Origin: an uncultured Bacteroidaceae bacterium | GTDB taxonomy: Bacteria; Bacteroidota; Bacteroidia; Bacteroidales; Bacteroidaceae | Length of the DNA stretch: 64,000 bases | Direction: 5' to 3' | Assembly (NCBI GenBank): GCA_905235525.1 | Contig: CAJOLW010000025.1 | Span: forward strand, 3,452 to 67,451 | Shown here: in pieces, positions 1 to 8,470 of the stretch | How the letters are laid out: each line of letters starts with the position of its first letter | How positions within the stretch are numbered: the stretch's first letter is position 1 | Notes under the pieces: generated by a model | Told to the model about the DNA's origin: nothing | Databases searched by the model: none | What the model saw: the letters and a program-made list of their open reading frames with translations, nothing else | Made by a program: the position numbers and the translations under genes

Positions 1-1173
1 GCCCAACGCATCCGTCAAAGACTCATCTATCACCCTTGCAGAACGGGCATTCCAACGTGCCGACTGCACCTTGGTAAGCCTGCCTACACCCCACACGCAA
101 CATCCGATGAAACCAACCGTCGATGCCACCCAAAGGAGGAACCAGATGACACGCTGCATAGCACTCATCGACTTCGTCTTGCCAAACGAACTCACCGCCG
201 CATGAATGGAGCAATAGAGCAGGATGCCAATGGATGTCAACAACAGGACGCCGCAGCAAATGACAGGAATGTAGATGGCCTCGAAATCCTCTATTTCATA
301 CACGTTCCACCATTTGTCAGCCATCTGTTCACTTGCCACCAGGAAAGCCACAAAGAAACACAGCGCCACGATGAAGGCAATGGTGAAGAATGTGCTCAAA
401 CCTACAGAGATGATGCCCAGGAAAATGTCCCAACCAGACTTGCCGTTCTTTTTCTTCTCCTTCGCAAGAGTAGCCTCCTGCACCTCTGCCACCAAGTTCT
501 GCGGATTCACCTCCTTACCCTTCATCTTCAAGGTATCCTCAGCTGTTTTCGTAAGGGGGGCAAAGATGACAACCAGCAGATAGACACACACGGGAAGCAA
601 AGAGAACAGGATACTCAAAACGACCAGTGGCACGGCTAAAATTCCGAAAACCGGACAAGTGGCAAAGGGGAGGGTGAATGTAAGAGGCCAGAAACCGATG
701 ATACAGAACCACAGCACACTGAGAATCACATATCCCCAACGCCAAGCGTCAGCACTTCCACCAAAATACTGTGCACAGCCAGCCAGCACACCAGCCAACA
801 ACTTGTTCTGCGAATCACGGAAGAACTTCTTGTTGTTCTGAGGCTTCTTGGCTTGCCCCGTCTTGGCATAACCGCTGGCACTTCCTGACGGCTCAGTGTC
901 AACTTCACCAGCACCCGCAATCTCCTCCACCTCGCCAATCTGGTGGATGATGTCCTGCACATGCTCAATGGTGATGGCCTCAACGCCCCGTTCCTTCAGG
1001 TCGTCAAACAGTTCTGCGATACGCTCCTCAATGTCGTTCGCTATTTCCTCGCCACCCTCCTGCTTCTTGAAGTAATCACGCAGCGTGTCAGTGTAGTGGC
1101 TCAGCAATTCGTAAGCATCCTCGTCTATCTGATAGAGTCTGCCACAAAGATTGATAGTAATATTCTTTTTCAT
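1..1173 (-). CDS. PspC domain-containing membrane protein (3' end lies beyond the window edge)
   Basis: Absent from the ORF track because the frame never closes inside the window. My reverse translation from ATG 1173-1171 gives MKKNITINLCGRLYQIDEDAYELLSHYTDTLRDYFKKQEGGEEIANDIEERIAELFDDLKERGVEAITIEH. Further on it reads FFRDSQNKLLAGVLAGCAQYFGGSADAWRWGYVILSVLW (PspC-type motif), followed by several hydrophobic spans. Confidence 0.7.
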   Translation of the reverse strand, partial: MKKNITINLCGRLYQIDEDAYELLSHYTDTLRDYFKKQEGGEEIANDIEERIAELFDDLKERGVEAITIEHVQDIIHQIGEVEEIAGAGEVDTEPSGSASGYAKTGQAKKPQNNKKFFRDSQNKLLAGVLAGCAQYFGGSADAWRWGYVILSVLWFCIIGFWPLTFTLPFATCPVFGILAVPLVVLSILFSLLPVCVYLLVVIFAPLTKTAEDTLKMKGKEVNPQNLVAEVQEATLAKEKKKNGKSGWDIFLGIISVGLSTFFTIAFIVALCFFVAFLVASEQMADKWWNVYEIEDFEAIYIPVICCGVLLLTSIGILLYCSIHAAVSSFGKTKSMSAMQRVIWFLLWVASTVGFIGCCVWGVGRLTKVQSARWNARSARVIDESLTDALG

Positions 1174-1215
1174 AAGGCTATTTCTTTTCTATTTATCTGC
1201 GATTGTTACCATTTT

Positions 1216-1935
1216 TCATTTGTCATTTAGCGTCAGCGCTCTGTAAGCAGCAACCAAGGTAAACAGCGTAAATGCCTCCGCAATAAAGACACCGATGCAG
1301 CAGCAGCAGAAACCCAAAATGCCGATACCAATCATGATAATACCCAAGCCCAGCAAAGAGAAGGTATTGCCCGACGAGATGTCCCACGAAGCACTGATTG
1401 ACTCAAAGACACCTGACTCTGGATGCTCCATCTGATACACAGGCGCGAAAAGGACGCGAGGAGCCACGAAAAACACTGGGATGATACAACACAATACAGA
1501 AACCAAGATAATGATGTGAGTTATGAACCCCACCACAAATACCTTAATGTACGTTGCAAAAGGAAGTCTGAAAGCATCAAACGTCACCTCCGAGAAACGT
1601 CCCGCCATCAGTCCTAAAGCCAGATTATACAGACCCACACTGACAATGATACGCACGATGTTGCCCAGCATGCCGCCAAACCATATAATATGATTGCCTG
1701 AACTGAATATCGGTGCCAAACTCCCTACAGTTTGCCAGTCCCCTCTGGCGACAGCCTCCCCTATTGATCGAGAAGTTTCATAATCATAACTGAAAGTAGG
1801 AGTGGATATGTGACCCAGTCCGCCCGACAACATCCCCACCAACAGATAAATCACTGCGATGAGCAGACCATACCTCTTTGTATATTCCCATGCAGTGTTG
1901 AGTACACTGCTAATACTCAATGAATAATTTTCCAT
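1216..1935 (-). CDS. hypothetical multi-pass membrane protein
   Basis: 239-aa ORF with at least five hydrophobic segments and a CCCC-containing C-terminal helix. It lies same-strand and tightly spaced between the PadR and PspC genes. Confidence 0.6.
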   Translation of the reverse strand: MENYSLSISSVLNTAWEYTKRYGLLIAVIYLLVGMLSGGLGHISTPTFSYDYETSRSIGEAVARGDWQTVGSLAPIFSSGNHIIWFGGMLGNIVRIIVSVGLYNLALGLMAGRFSEVTFDAFRLPFATYIKVFVVGFITHIIILVSVLCCIIPVFFVAPRVLFAPVYQMEHPESGVFESISASWDISSGNTFSLLGLGIIMIGIGILGFCCCCIGVFIAEAFTLFTLVAAYRALTLNDK

Positions 1936-1999
1936 AATTTTTATCTTTTTTTAATGAATGTATCTTTATTTATATTATGTCGAATAAAGTGTTCGCCCT

Positions 2000-2350
2000 T
2001 CATGTAGGCTGACCGATCAGCAGCCGTCGCTCCTTCAGGGTGTGAATGGTGCTCTCCAACTCTCCCCATGCTGCATCCAACTGCTCCAAGGTTTCTTTAC
2101 CTTCGTCGGTCAGCACATAATACTTTCGTGGAGGTCCCTGTGTGCTCTCCTGCCATTCATAACCCAGCAAACCATCATTCTTCAGTCGGGTGAGCAACGG
2201 ATACAACGTGCCCTCCACCACCAGCAGGTTCGCCTCCTTCAGACGTTTGATGATGTCCGAAGTGTAGTATGCCTTTTCGCTGAGCAGCAGCATGATGCAG
2301 TACTCCAGCATACCCTTTCGCATCTGCGATTTTGCATTATCCACATTCAT
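2000..2350 (-). CDS. PadR family transcriptional regulator
   Basis: 116 aa with LEYCIMLLLSEKAYYTSDIIKRLKE...GTLYPLLTRLKNDGLLGYEWQES...PRKYYVLTDEGKE, the PadR winged-helix signature. Confidence 0.88.
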   Translation of the reverse strand: MNVDNAKSQMRKGMLEYCIMLLLSEKAYYTSDIIKRLKEANLLVVEGTLYPLLTRLKNDGLLGYEWQESTQGPPRKYYVLTDEGKETLEQLDAAWGELESTIHTLKERRLLIGQPT

Positions 2351-2392
2351 CTCTTAGAGGTGTTTAGATGTTAGTAATTTACAATTTCGCTG

Positions 2393-2400
2393 CAAAGATA
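2393..2400 (-). promoter_or_regulatory. Bacteroidota -7 box (TATCTTTG) for the PadR operon
   Basis: Plus strand reads CAAAGATA, which is TAnnTTTG on the minus strand, 43 nt upstream of ATG 2350. Confidence 0.45.
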
Positions 2401-2471
2401 TGTAAAACATAAATACCTTGCAATACATAGTACCTTTCTTTAACACGATTTAACGAAATAAAGTGGAAAGC

Positions 2472-2532
2472 GTACCCGAGGGGTATAGTGTAGTGTACCC
2501 GAGGGGTACGGCAAGGGGTACTCGAGGGGTAC
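2472..2532. repeat. cluster of GTACCC-GAG-GGGTAC mini-hairpins (REP-like family; second copy at 36205-36275)
   Basis: GTACCCGAGGGGTA occurs at 2472, GTACCCGAGGGGTAC at 2495 and GGGGTACTCGAGGGGTAC at 2515. The block GAAAGCGTACCCGAGGGGTA...TAGTGTACCC recurs inverted at 36205-36275. Confidence 0.75.
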
Positions 2533-2544
2533 GACAACGCAAGC

Positions 2545-2583
2545 GTGTCCATTTCTGGACATTCACTGTCCAGAAATGGACAC
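2545..2583 (+). promoter_or_regulatory. enhancer (UAS) candidate: perfect 17-bp inverted repeat made of two TGTCCA-N4-TGGACA sites
   Basis: The sequence is GTGTCCATTTCTGGACA ttcac TGTCCAGAAATGGACAC. It lies 43 nt upstream of a -24/-12 promoter, and a near copy sits at 9645-9683. Confidence 0.65.
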
Positions 2584-2625
2584 TTGCTGTTTTCAGCATC
2601 ATTGATTATCAGTTAATTGTGCATT

Positions 2626-2640
2626 TGGCACGTGTTTTGT
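2626..2640 (+). promoter_or_regulatory. sigma-54 type -24/-12 promoter (TGGCAC-GTGTT-TTGT) for TolC-HlyD
   Basis: TGGCACGTGTTTTGT lies 35 nt upstream of ATG 2675. The same architecture occurs at 9727-9741, and a sigma-54 activator is encoded in the locus. Confidence 0.6.
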
Positions 2641-2674
2641 GGCTATAAAGGGGCAATAACAATGAATTTCATGA

Positions 2675-4174
2675 ATGAAACAAATGAAAAGATTAGAAAG
2701 AATGAGATGGTTTTGGTTGGGTTTGATATGCCTTTTCTCCATGCTGGGACATGCAGAGAGTGATACCCTGCGCATGAGCCTTGGCGAGTGCATCCTTTTG
2801 GCACGGCGGCAAAGTGTGGATGCGGCAGTGGCATTGGGCGAATTGAAGTCGGCTTATTGGGAGTGGAGGAGCCATAAGGCGAACTTGCTGCCCGAGGTGT
2901 CGCTGTCGGCGAATGTACCCACATATAACAAGCGATACAGCACATACCAGAAAGAGGACGGCACACACTCCTACGTGCGGAACGACTACATGGAGTTGGA
3001 CGGTTCCATTTATGTGAGTCAAAAGATATGGCCTACAGGTGGCACATTGTCGGTGGAATCATCGCTGGATTGGATGCGGCAGATGAGTGGCGACACAAGC
3101 GGAGGCAGGAATCAGTTCATGAGCATGCCCATAGCACTCACGTTGAGCCAGCCACTCTTTGGCGTGAACACTGTGAAGTGGGACCGCCGCATCGAACCTA
3201 TCCGATACAAAGAGGCGAAGGCATCCTTCCTGACAGAGACGGAACAGGTGGCGATGCAAGCCATCAGCCTCTATTTCAATTTGCTGTTAGCAAACGAGAA
3301 CGTGAACATCGCCGAACAGAACCTACAGAATGCAGAAAAACTCTACGAAGTGGCACAGGCAAAGCGCGAGATGGGCAGCATCAGTCAAAACGATGTGCTA
3401 CAGATGCGACTGGGCATGCTGAATGCCCAATCAGCACTCACCTCTGCGGAGAGCCGCCGGAAGGCACAGATGTTTGAATTGAAGGCATTCCTCGATGTGG
3501 AAAGCGACATCGAGCCCATTGTACCCGAAGAGATTCCCGAGGTGACACTTCTCTACGAGGAGGTGCTGGAGAAAGCATTGACAAATAATGCCTTTGCGAA
3601 CAGAATGCGGAGGCGACAACTGGAAGCCGACTATTCGGTGGCATACGCGAAGGGAAACATGAGAAGCGTGACGCTCTATGCACAAGTGGGCTACACAGGC
3701 ACTGACCGCACCTTCGGCGATGCCTACCGAAACCTGTCGAGCAAGCAAGTGGTGCAGGTAGGTGTGTCGTTGCCGCTGCTCGACTGGGGCAAACGGCGCG
3801 GACAGGTGAAGGTGGCAGAGAGTAATCGTGAGATTGTGCGGAACCAAGTGCGGCAACAGTCACAGGAGTTCCGACAGAACCTCTTCGTGCTGACCGAGCA
3901 GTTCAACCACCAGCGGCAGCAACTTCGCATTGCCGAAGAGGCGGACACCATTGCCCAACGTCGCTACCACACCAACGTGGAGACCTTCAAGATTGGCAGC
4001 ATCTCCACCCTCGAACTGTCGGATGCACAAACTGCCAAGGACGAGGCACGGCAACGTCGCATTTCCGAACTGTTCAACTATTGGTACTACTACTACCAGT
4101 TGCGATCCATCACGCTGTGGGACTTTGAGAAAGGACAAAACATCAATGTGGATTTTGAAAAAATAGTAAAATGA
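2675..4174 (+). CDS. TolC family outer-membrane efflux protein
   Basis: 499 aa with a signal peptide (WFWLGLICLFSMLGHA) and two repeats of coiled-coil/beta-barrel TolC-like sequence. It is ATGA-coupled to the downstream adaptor gene. Confidence 0.85.
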   Translation: MKQMKRLERMRWFWLGLICLFSMLGHAESDTLRMSLGECILLARRQSVDAAVALGELKSAYWEWRSHKANLLPEVSLSANVPTYNKRYSTYQKEDGTHSYVRNDYMELDGSIYVSQKIWPTGGTLSVESSLDWMRQMSGDTSGGRNQFMSMPIALTLSQPLFGVNTVKWDRRIEPIRYKEAKASFLTETEQVAMQAISLYFNLLLANENVNIAEQNLQNAEKLYEVAQAKREMGSISQNDVLQMRLGMLNAQSALTSAESRRKAQMFELKAFLDVESDIEPIVPEEIPEVTLLYEEVLEKALTNNAFANRMRRRQLEADYSVAYAKGNMRSVTLYAQVGYTGTDRTFGDAYRNLSSKQVVQVGVSLPLLDWGKRRGQVKVAESNREIVRNQVRQQSQEFRQNLFVLTEQFNHQRQQLRIAEEADTIAQRRYHTNVETFKIGSISTLELSDAQTAKDEARQRRISELFNYWYYYYQLRSITLWDFEKGQNINVDFEKIVK

Positions 4175-5442
4175 AGACAGATAATCAAACCATGGACAGA
4201 GCCATTCCTGTCAGCGTACAGCGCAAAAGAAGAATGGTACGATATGGCAAGTATGCCGCCATCGTGGCTGTTGTGATGGGCGTGGCAGTATGGCTGGGCA
4301 CACTGATGATGAGTTCAGTAGATAAAAAGAGCCTCATCACCTCGCAGGTGGACAGGGGCATCATCGACGTGAGCATCATCGCCACAGGCAAGGTAGTGCC
4401 CGCCTTCGAAGAAGTCATCATCTCACCCATCAGCGCACAGATTCTGGAGGTCTATGCCCATAGCGGCGACACCGTAGATGTGGGCACTCCCCTCCTCCGC
4501 CTTGACCTTCAGTCGGCTCAGGCTGACTACTCCAAAGCCCTCGATGAGCAGGAAATTCGTCGGCAACAGATGGTGCAACTCACCACCAACACCGAAACCC
4601 AACTGAGTGACCGGCGCATGCAGTTGGAGGTGGAGGAGATGAAGATTGGGCAGTTGGAAGCACAACTGCGCAACGAGCAATATCTAGACAGTCTTGGCTC
4701 AGGCACGAAAGACCGTGTGCATCAGGCGGAAATCACCCTCCGCACCGCACAAATGCAACTGAAGCAACTGAGGCAGCAGTATGAAAACGAGGTGCGAGTG
4801 AGAAAAGCCGACCTGCGCATGAAGCAATTACAGGATGGCATTGCCGACAAGAGCCTTGACGAAACACGTCGCACCCTCGATGGTGCCAACATCCGTTCGC
4901 CCCGCAAAGCGACTCTCACCTACATCAGCAACGAAATCGGCAGCATCGTCGGGTCAGGCTCCAAAGTGGCAGTGGTGAGCGACCTCACCCATTTCAAAGT
5001 CGATTGCAGCATTGCCGACACCTATTCCGACCGCGTGATGGCAGGAGGACGTGTACTCGTCAAAATCGGGAGGGAACGCCTTTTCGGCACCATCAACACC
5101 GTCACGCCTCTCAGTCAGGACGGAGTCATCACCTTCACCGTCTTGATGGATAACCCCAGCCACCCCAAACTCCGTTCAGGCTTGAAGGCAGAAGTGTTTG
5201 TCATCACCAACATCAAGGAAGACGTGCTGCGCATCCGCAACGGTTCTTACTATACAGGTGCAGGCGATTATACATTATATATATATAAAGATGAACATAC
5301 CCTTGTGCCCCGCACCATCCACCTCGGCGACTGCAACTATGATTACGTGGAAGTCATCAGCGGATTGGAAGAGGGTGACAGCGTGGTGGTGAGCGACATG
5401 CAGAGGTATAAGGGAAAAGAGAAGATTCGAGTGAATGAGTGA
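4171..5442 (+). CDS. HlyD/MacA-type periplasmic adaptor (membrane fusion protein)
   Basis: 423 aa with an N-terminal TM anchor, a lipoyl-like segment (GKVVPAFEEVIISPISAQILEVYAHSGDTVDVGTPLLRLD), a long coiled coil and a beta-barrel C-terminus. Confidence 0.85.
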   Translation: MKTDNQTMDRAIPVSVQRKRRMVRYGKYAAIVAVVMGVAVWLGTLMMSSVDKKSLITSQVDRGIIDVSIIATGKVVPAFEEVIISPISAQILEVYAHSGDTVDVGTPLLRLDLQSAQADYSKALDEQEIRRQQMVQLTTNTETQLSDRRMQLEVEEMKIGQLEAQLRNEQYLDSLGSGTKDRVHQAEITLRTAQMQLKQLRQQYENEVRVRKADLRMKQLQDGIADKSLDETRRTLDGANIRSPRKATLTYISNEIGSIVGSGSKVAVVSDLTHFKVDCSIADTYSDRVMAGGRVLVKIGRERLFGTINTVTPLSQDGVITFTVLMDNPSHPKLRSGLKAEVFVITNIKEDVLRIRNGSYYTGAGDYTLYIYKDEHTLVPRTIHLGDCNYDYVEVISGLEEGDSVVVSDMQRYKGKEKIRVNE

Positions 5443-5507
5443 AAAAACTGAGTTCTTTAGAAGTTAAATTTTTCACTTTTCATTTTTCATTTTTCACTCA
5501 TATTATT

Positions 5508-5515
5508 TACCTTTG
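5508..5515 (+). promoter_or_regulatory. Bacteroidota -7 box (TACCTTTG) for the response regulator / kinase pair
   Basis: TACCTTTG lies 17 nt upstream of ATG 5532, in the 89-nt gap after the adaptor gene. Confidence 0.5.
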
Positions 5516-5531
5516 CAAAAAATATAAACAC

Positions 5532-7013
5532 ATGATACTGATTGTTGACGATGACAGAGCCATTCGGGTGGCATTGACATTGATGCTGGAACGCAATGAT
5601 TACACGGTGATAAGTGCTGACGGACCTGATGCCGCCATGGAAGTGGTGCGCCACCAAGCCGAGTTGGAACTGGTGCTGATGGACATGAACTACACCCTCT
5701 CCACCGATGGCGAAGAAGGACTCACACTGCTCCGACAGGTGAAGGTGTTCCAACCCAACCTGCCCGTGATTCTCATGACCGCATGGGGCAGCATCGACTT
5801 GGCAGTGCAGGGAATGAGAAACGGAGCCTTCGATTTCATCACCAAACCATGGGATAATGGGGTGCTGCTGGAGCGAATCGAAACCGCCATACTGCTCAAC
5901 CGCCCTCACACAACGGAAGAACCTGCCGATAGACCCTTACACAACCTCTCAACCGACGTCGACGACATCGGTGAGGCGACATCGACGACATCGATTGACC
6001 GACATCGTCGACGTCGGTTTGGAGGTGCTGAAGACACCCTCATCATCGGGCAGTCGCAAAGTCTGCTGAGTGCCCTCGCCACTGTTGAACGAGTGGCACC
6101 TACCAATGCCCCAGTGCTCATCACGGGCGAGTCGGGCACAGGCAAGGAACTCATTGCACAAGCCATCCACGAACAGAGCCGACGGGCAGGAAAACCCTTT
6201 GTGAAAGTGAACCTCGGCGGTATATCAACAGCCCTGTTCGAGAGTGAGATGTTCGGACACAAGAAGGGTTCGTTCACCGATGCCAAGAGTGACCGCACGG
6301 GACGCTTTGAACTGGCAGAGGGCGGCACAATCTTTCTGGATGAAATCGGCGAGTTGGAACTGGCGAGCCAAGTGAAACTCCTGCGGGTGCTGCAAGACCA
6401 GACCTATGAGGTGCTGGGCGACAGCACCAGCCGCCACGCCAACGTGCGTGTGGTGTGTGCCACTAATGCCGACCTCCGCCAGATGGTCAAGGAGAAAACC
6501 TTCCGCGAAGACCTCTTCTATCGCATCAACCTCATCAACATCCATCTCTCACCCCTGCGCGAACGCACAGACGACATCCCTTTGCTCGTTCACCACTTCA
6601 TCCGCCAAACCTGCATGAGCAATAGTTTACCCATTGCCACCGCCTCTGCCGAAGCCATCCGATACCTGCAAACCCTCCCCTTCTATGGCAACATCCGCGA
6701 ATTGAAGAACTTAGTGGAGCGTACACTGCTCATGAGCGCAGACCCCTCCCTCACCTCCCCCAAAGGGGAGGGGTGGATACTTTCCGCAATGAATTTCCAA
6801 GAAGCTTACCAACAGAATCCCGTTGATGGAGGTGACCACTCTCCCCATTTAGGGGGAGCGGGGAGGGGGTCTGCTCTTACCCTTGAAGAAATCGAACGGG
6901 CTTCCATCGCAGCCTCCCTCGAAAAGCACCAAGGCAATCTCTCTCTGGTGGCAAAGGAACTCGGCATCAGCCGTGGGGCACTCTACCGAAAGATAGAAAA
7001 ACACGGGCTGTGA
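5532..7013 (+). CDS. sigma-54-dependent (NtrC-family) response regulator
   Basis: Start placed at MILIVDDD; the ORF-track start 5439 reads through heptad-repeat spacer. It has a receiver domain and an AAA+ sigma-54 interaction domain (GESGTGKELIAQAIH, GSFTDA variant of GAFTGA, IFLDEIGEL, VRVVCATN). It ends in a Fis-type HTH (LVAKELGISRGALYRKIEKHGL). Confidence 0.9.
   Translation: MILIVDDDRAIRVALTLMLERNDYTVISADGPDAAMEVVRHQAELELVLMDMNYTLSTDGEEGLTLLRQVKVFQPNLPVILMTAWGSIDLAVQGMRNGAFDFITKPWDNGVLLERIETAILLNRPHTTEEPADRPLHNLSTDVDDIGEATSTTSIDRHRRRRFGGAEDTLIIGQSQSLLSALATVERVAPTNAPVLITGESGTGKELIAQAIHEQSRRAGKPFVKVNLGGISTALFESEMFGHKKGSFTDAKSDRTGRFELAEGGTIFLDEIGELELASQVKLLRVLQDQTYEVLGDSTSRHANVRVVCATNADLRQMVKEKTFREDLFYRINLINIHLSPLRERTDDIPLLVHHFIRQTCMSNSLPIATASAEAIRYLQTLPFYGNIRELKNLVERTLLMSADPSLTSPKGEGWILSAMNFQEAYQQNPVDGGDHSPHLGGAGRGSALTLEEIERASIAASLEKHQGNLSLVAKELGISRGALYRKIEKHGL
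5951..6019. repeat. 69-bp palindromic element inside the REC/AAA+ linker coding region
   Basis: AACCGACGTCGACGACATCG (5951-5970) matches the reverse complement of CGACATCGTCGACGTCGGTT (6000-6019) at 18/20. It encodes TDVDDIGEATSTTSIDRHRRRRF. Confidence 0.6.
6739..6873. repeat. 135-bp G/C-hairpin element with terminal inverted repeats, in frame inside the regulator gene
   Basis: Left end is CAGACCCCTCCCTCACCTCCCCCAAAGGGGAGG and right end is CTCCCCATTTAGGGGGAGCGGGGAGGGGGTCTG. The right arm is nearly identical to 30378-30408. Confidence 0.75.
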
Positions 7014-7043
7014 AAAATTGAGAGTTGACAGTTAAGGTTAAAA

Positions 7044-8279
7044 ATGAAGATACAGCAATACTTCCTACTGCTTGCAATCATCATTGGCGGTGTGTTTGCC
7101 GCACTGATGTGGCTGACGTTCAGCGTCCGTCCTGTCATCTTCTATGTGACAGAAGGGGTGCTGGTGGTGGTGATTGCCTATCTCATTTTCTTCTACCGAA
7201 AAGTCATCCGTCCCATCGACACGCTGACCAGCGGCATGGAACTGCTGCGCGACCAAGACATGAGCACCACACTCGCCACTTCGGGACAAAGGGAGACTGA
7301 CGAAATCGTGAAAACCTTCAATGCCCTCATCACCCGACTGCGCAATGAACACCTGCGACTCGACGAACAGAACACCTTCCTCAACCTGCTCATCGATGCC
7401 TCGCCGATGGGTGTCATCCTCTGCGACCTCTCAGGCAATGTCCGTTCGATGAACCCTGCTGCCAAGCAGATGCTCACTCCTGCACTTTCGGAGGCACTCA
7501 AGTCACTCCCTTTAGGAAAGGACACGACCCTCCGACTCAGTAATTCACAAATCTACCACCTCTCTCATCTTTCCTTCCGCGACCGAGGCTATCAGCACCC
7601 CTTCTTCCTCATCGAGTCACTGACCTCCGAGGTGATGAAAGCCGAGAAAGCCGCCTATGAAAAGGTCATCCGCATGATTGCCCATGAGGTGAACAACAAT
7701 GTGGCAGGAATTATAAGCACCTTAGATATCATCCAGACGGAACTGCCTGACAACACCGCACAAGAAGCCCTTGAAGCCAGTCGCGAACGCACCCAAAAGA
7801 TGGCTGAGTTCGTCACTCGCTTTGCCAATGTCGTGAAGGTGCCAGAACCTCAACTCACTCTTTGCGACCTGAGCGAGGAAGTGGAAGCCTGTCACTCCTT
7901 CCTCGAAGGGCTTTGCCACACCCACCACATCCGTCTGACCCTCAATCTCACCGATGATGCCACCCCTGTGCACCTTGACACCACATTATTCCAGCAGGTG
8001 CTTGTAAACATTGTAAAGAACGCCATTGAAAGCATTAGCAATGAGGGTGAAATACACATAGAGACCCAACCCAAGACCCTCACCATCACCGACAACGGCA
8101 AGGGCATCTCTCCCGAAGTTGCCCAACACATCTTCACACCTTTCTATTCCACCAAACCCCAAGGCCAAGGGCTGGGATTACTTCTGATTCGTGACATCCT
8201 CACCAAACACGGCTGCACGTTCACCCTCCTCACCAACCCTGACGATGGACTGACCCGCTTCACCATCCTCTTCCCATAA
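7044..8279 (+). CDS. sensor histidine kinase (NtrB-like partner of the sigma-54 regulator)
   Basis: 411 aa with two N-terminal TM helices, H-box IAHEVNNNVAGI, N-box VLVNIVKNAIES and G-boxes DNGKGI / GQGLGLLLIRDI. Confidence 0.88.
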   Translation: MKIQQYFLLLAIIIGGVFAALMWLTFSVRPVIFYVTEGVLVVVIAYLIFFYRKVIRPIDTLTSGMELLRDQDMSTTLATSGQRETDEIVKTFNALITRLRNEHLRLDEQNTFLNLLIDASPMGVILCDLSGNVRSMNPAAKQMLTPALSEALKSLPLGKDTTLRLSNSQIYHLSHLSFRDRGYQHPFFLIESLTSEVMKAEKAAYEKVIRMIAHEVNNNVAGIISTLDIIQTELPDNTAQEALEASRERTQKMAEFVTRFANVVKVPEPQLTLCDLSEEVEACHSFLEGLCHTHHIRLTLNLTDDATPVHLDTTLFQQVLVNIVKNAIESISNEGEIHIETQPKTLTITDNGKGISPEVAQHIFTPFYSTKPQGQGLGLLLIRDILTKHGCTFTLLTNPDDGLTRFTILFP

Positions 8280-8384
8280 CAAAGAGTGTCATCAAACAAA
8301 ATATCAAAGTGAAGATGAACAAATATGTCAAAACAAACGGTACAAAAAGAGCGGTAACAATCCAGAAATGAAGAAAAAATGTAT

Positions 8385-8433
8385 TGGTACACAACTTTGT
8401 GGTCCACAAACTTGTGTACCAATGTTTTTATTT
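8385..8433 (+). terminator. hairpin plus T-rich tail after the kinase gene
   Basis: TGGTACACAACTTTGTGG tc CACAAACTTGTGTACCA (17/18 bp stem) is followed by ATGTTTTTATTTG. Confidence 0.55.
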
Positions 8434-8434
8434 G

Positions 8435-8442
8435 TACTTTTG
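8435..8442 (+). promoter_or_regulatory. Bacteroidota -7 box (TACTTTTG) for the ATPase gene
   Basis: Matches TAnnTTTG, 29 nt upstream of ATG 8471. Confidence 0.45.
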
Positions 8443-8470
8443 CAACGAAAATTAAAAAGAAACAAGACTT

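Noticed and set aside
2463-2648. 61-aa ORF (MESVPEGYSVVYPRG...) and its look-alike at 35988-36275
   Set aside because: Both are read-throughs of the GTACCC hairpin repeat and, for the first, the enhancer palindrome. The protein similarity only reflects the nucleotide repeat.
5439-5531. N-terminal extension of the response-regulator ORF
   Set aside because: It covers the TTTTCAY heptad array and the TACCTTTG -7 box. The receiver domain begins at MILIVDDD.
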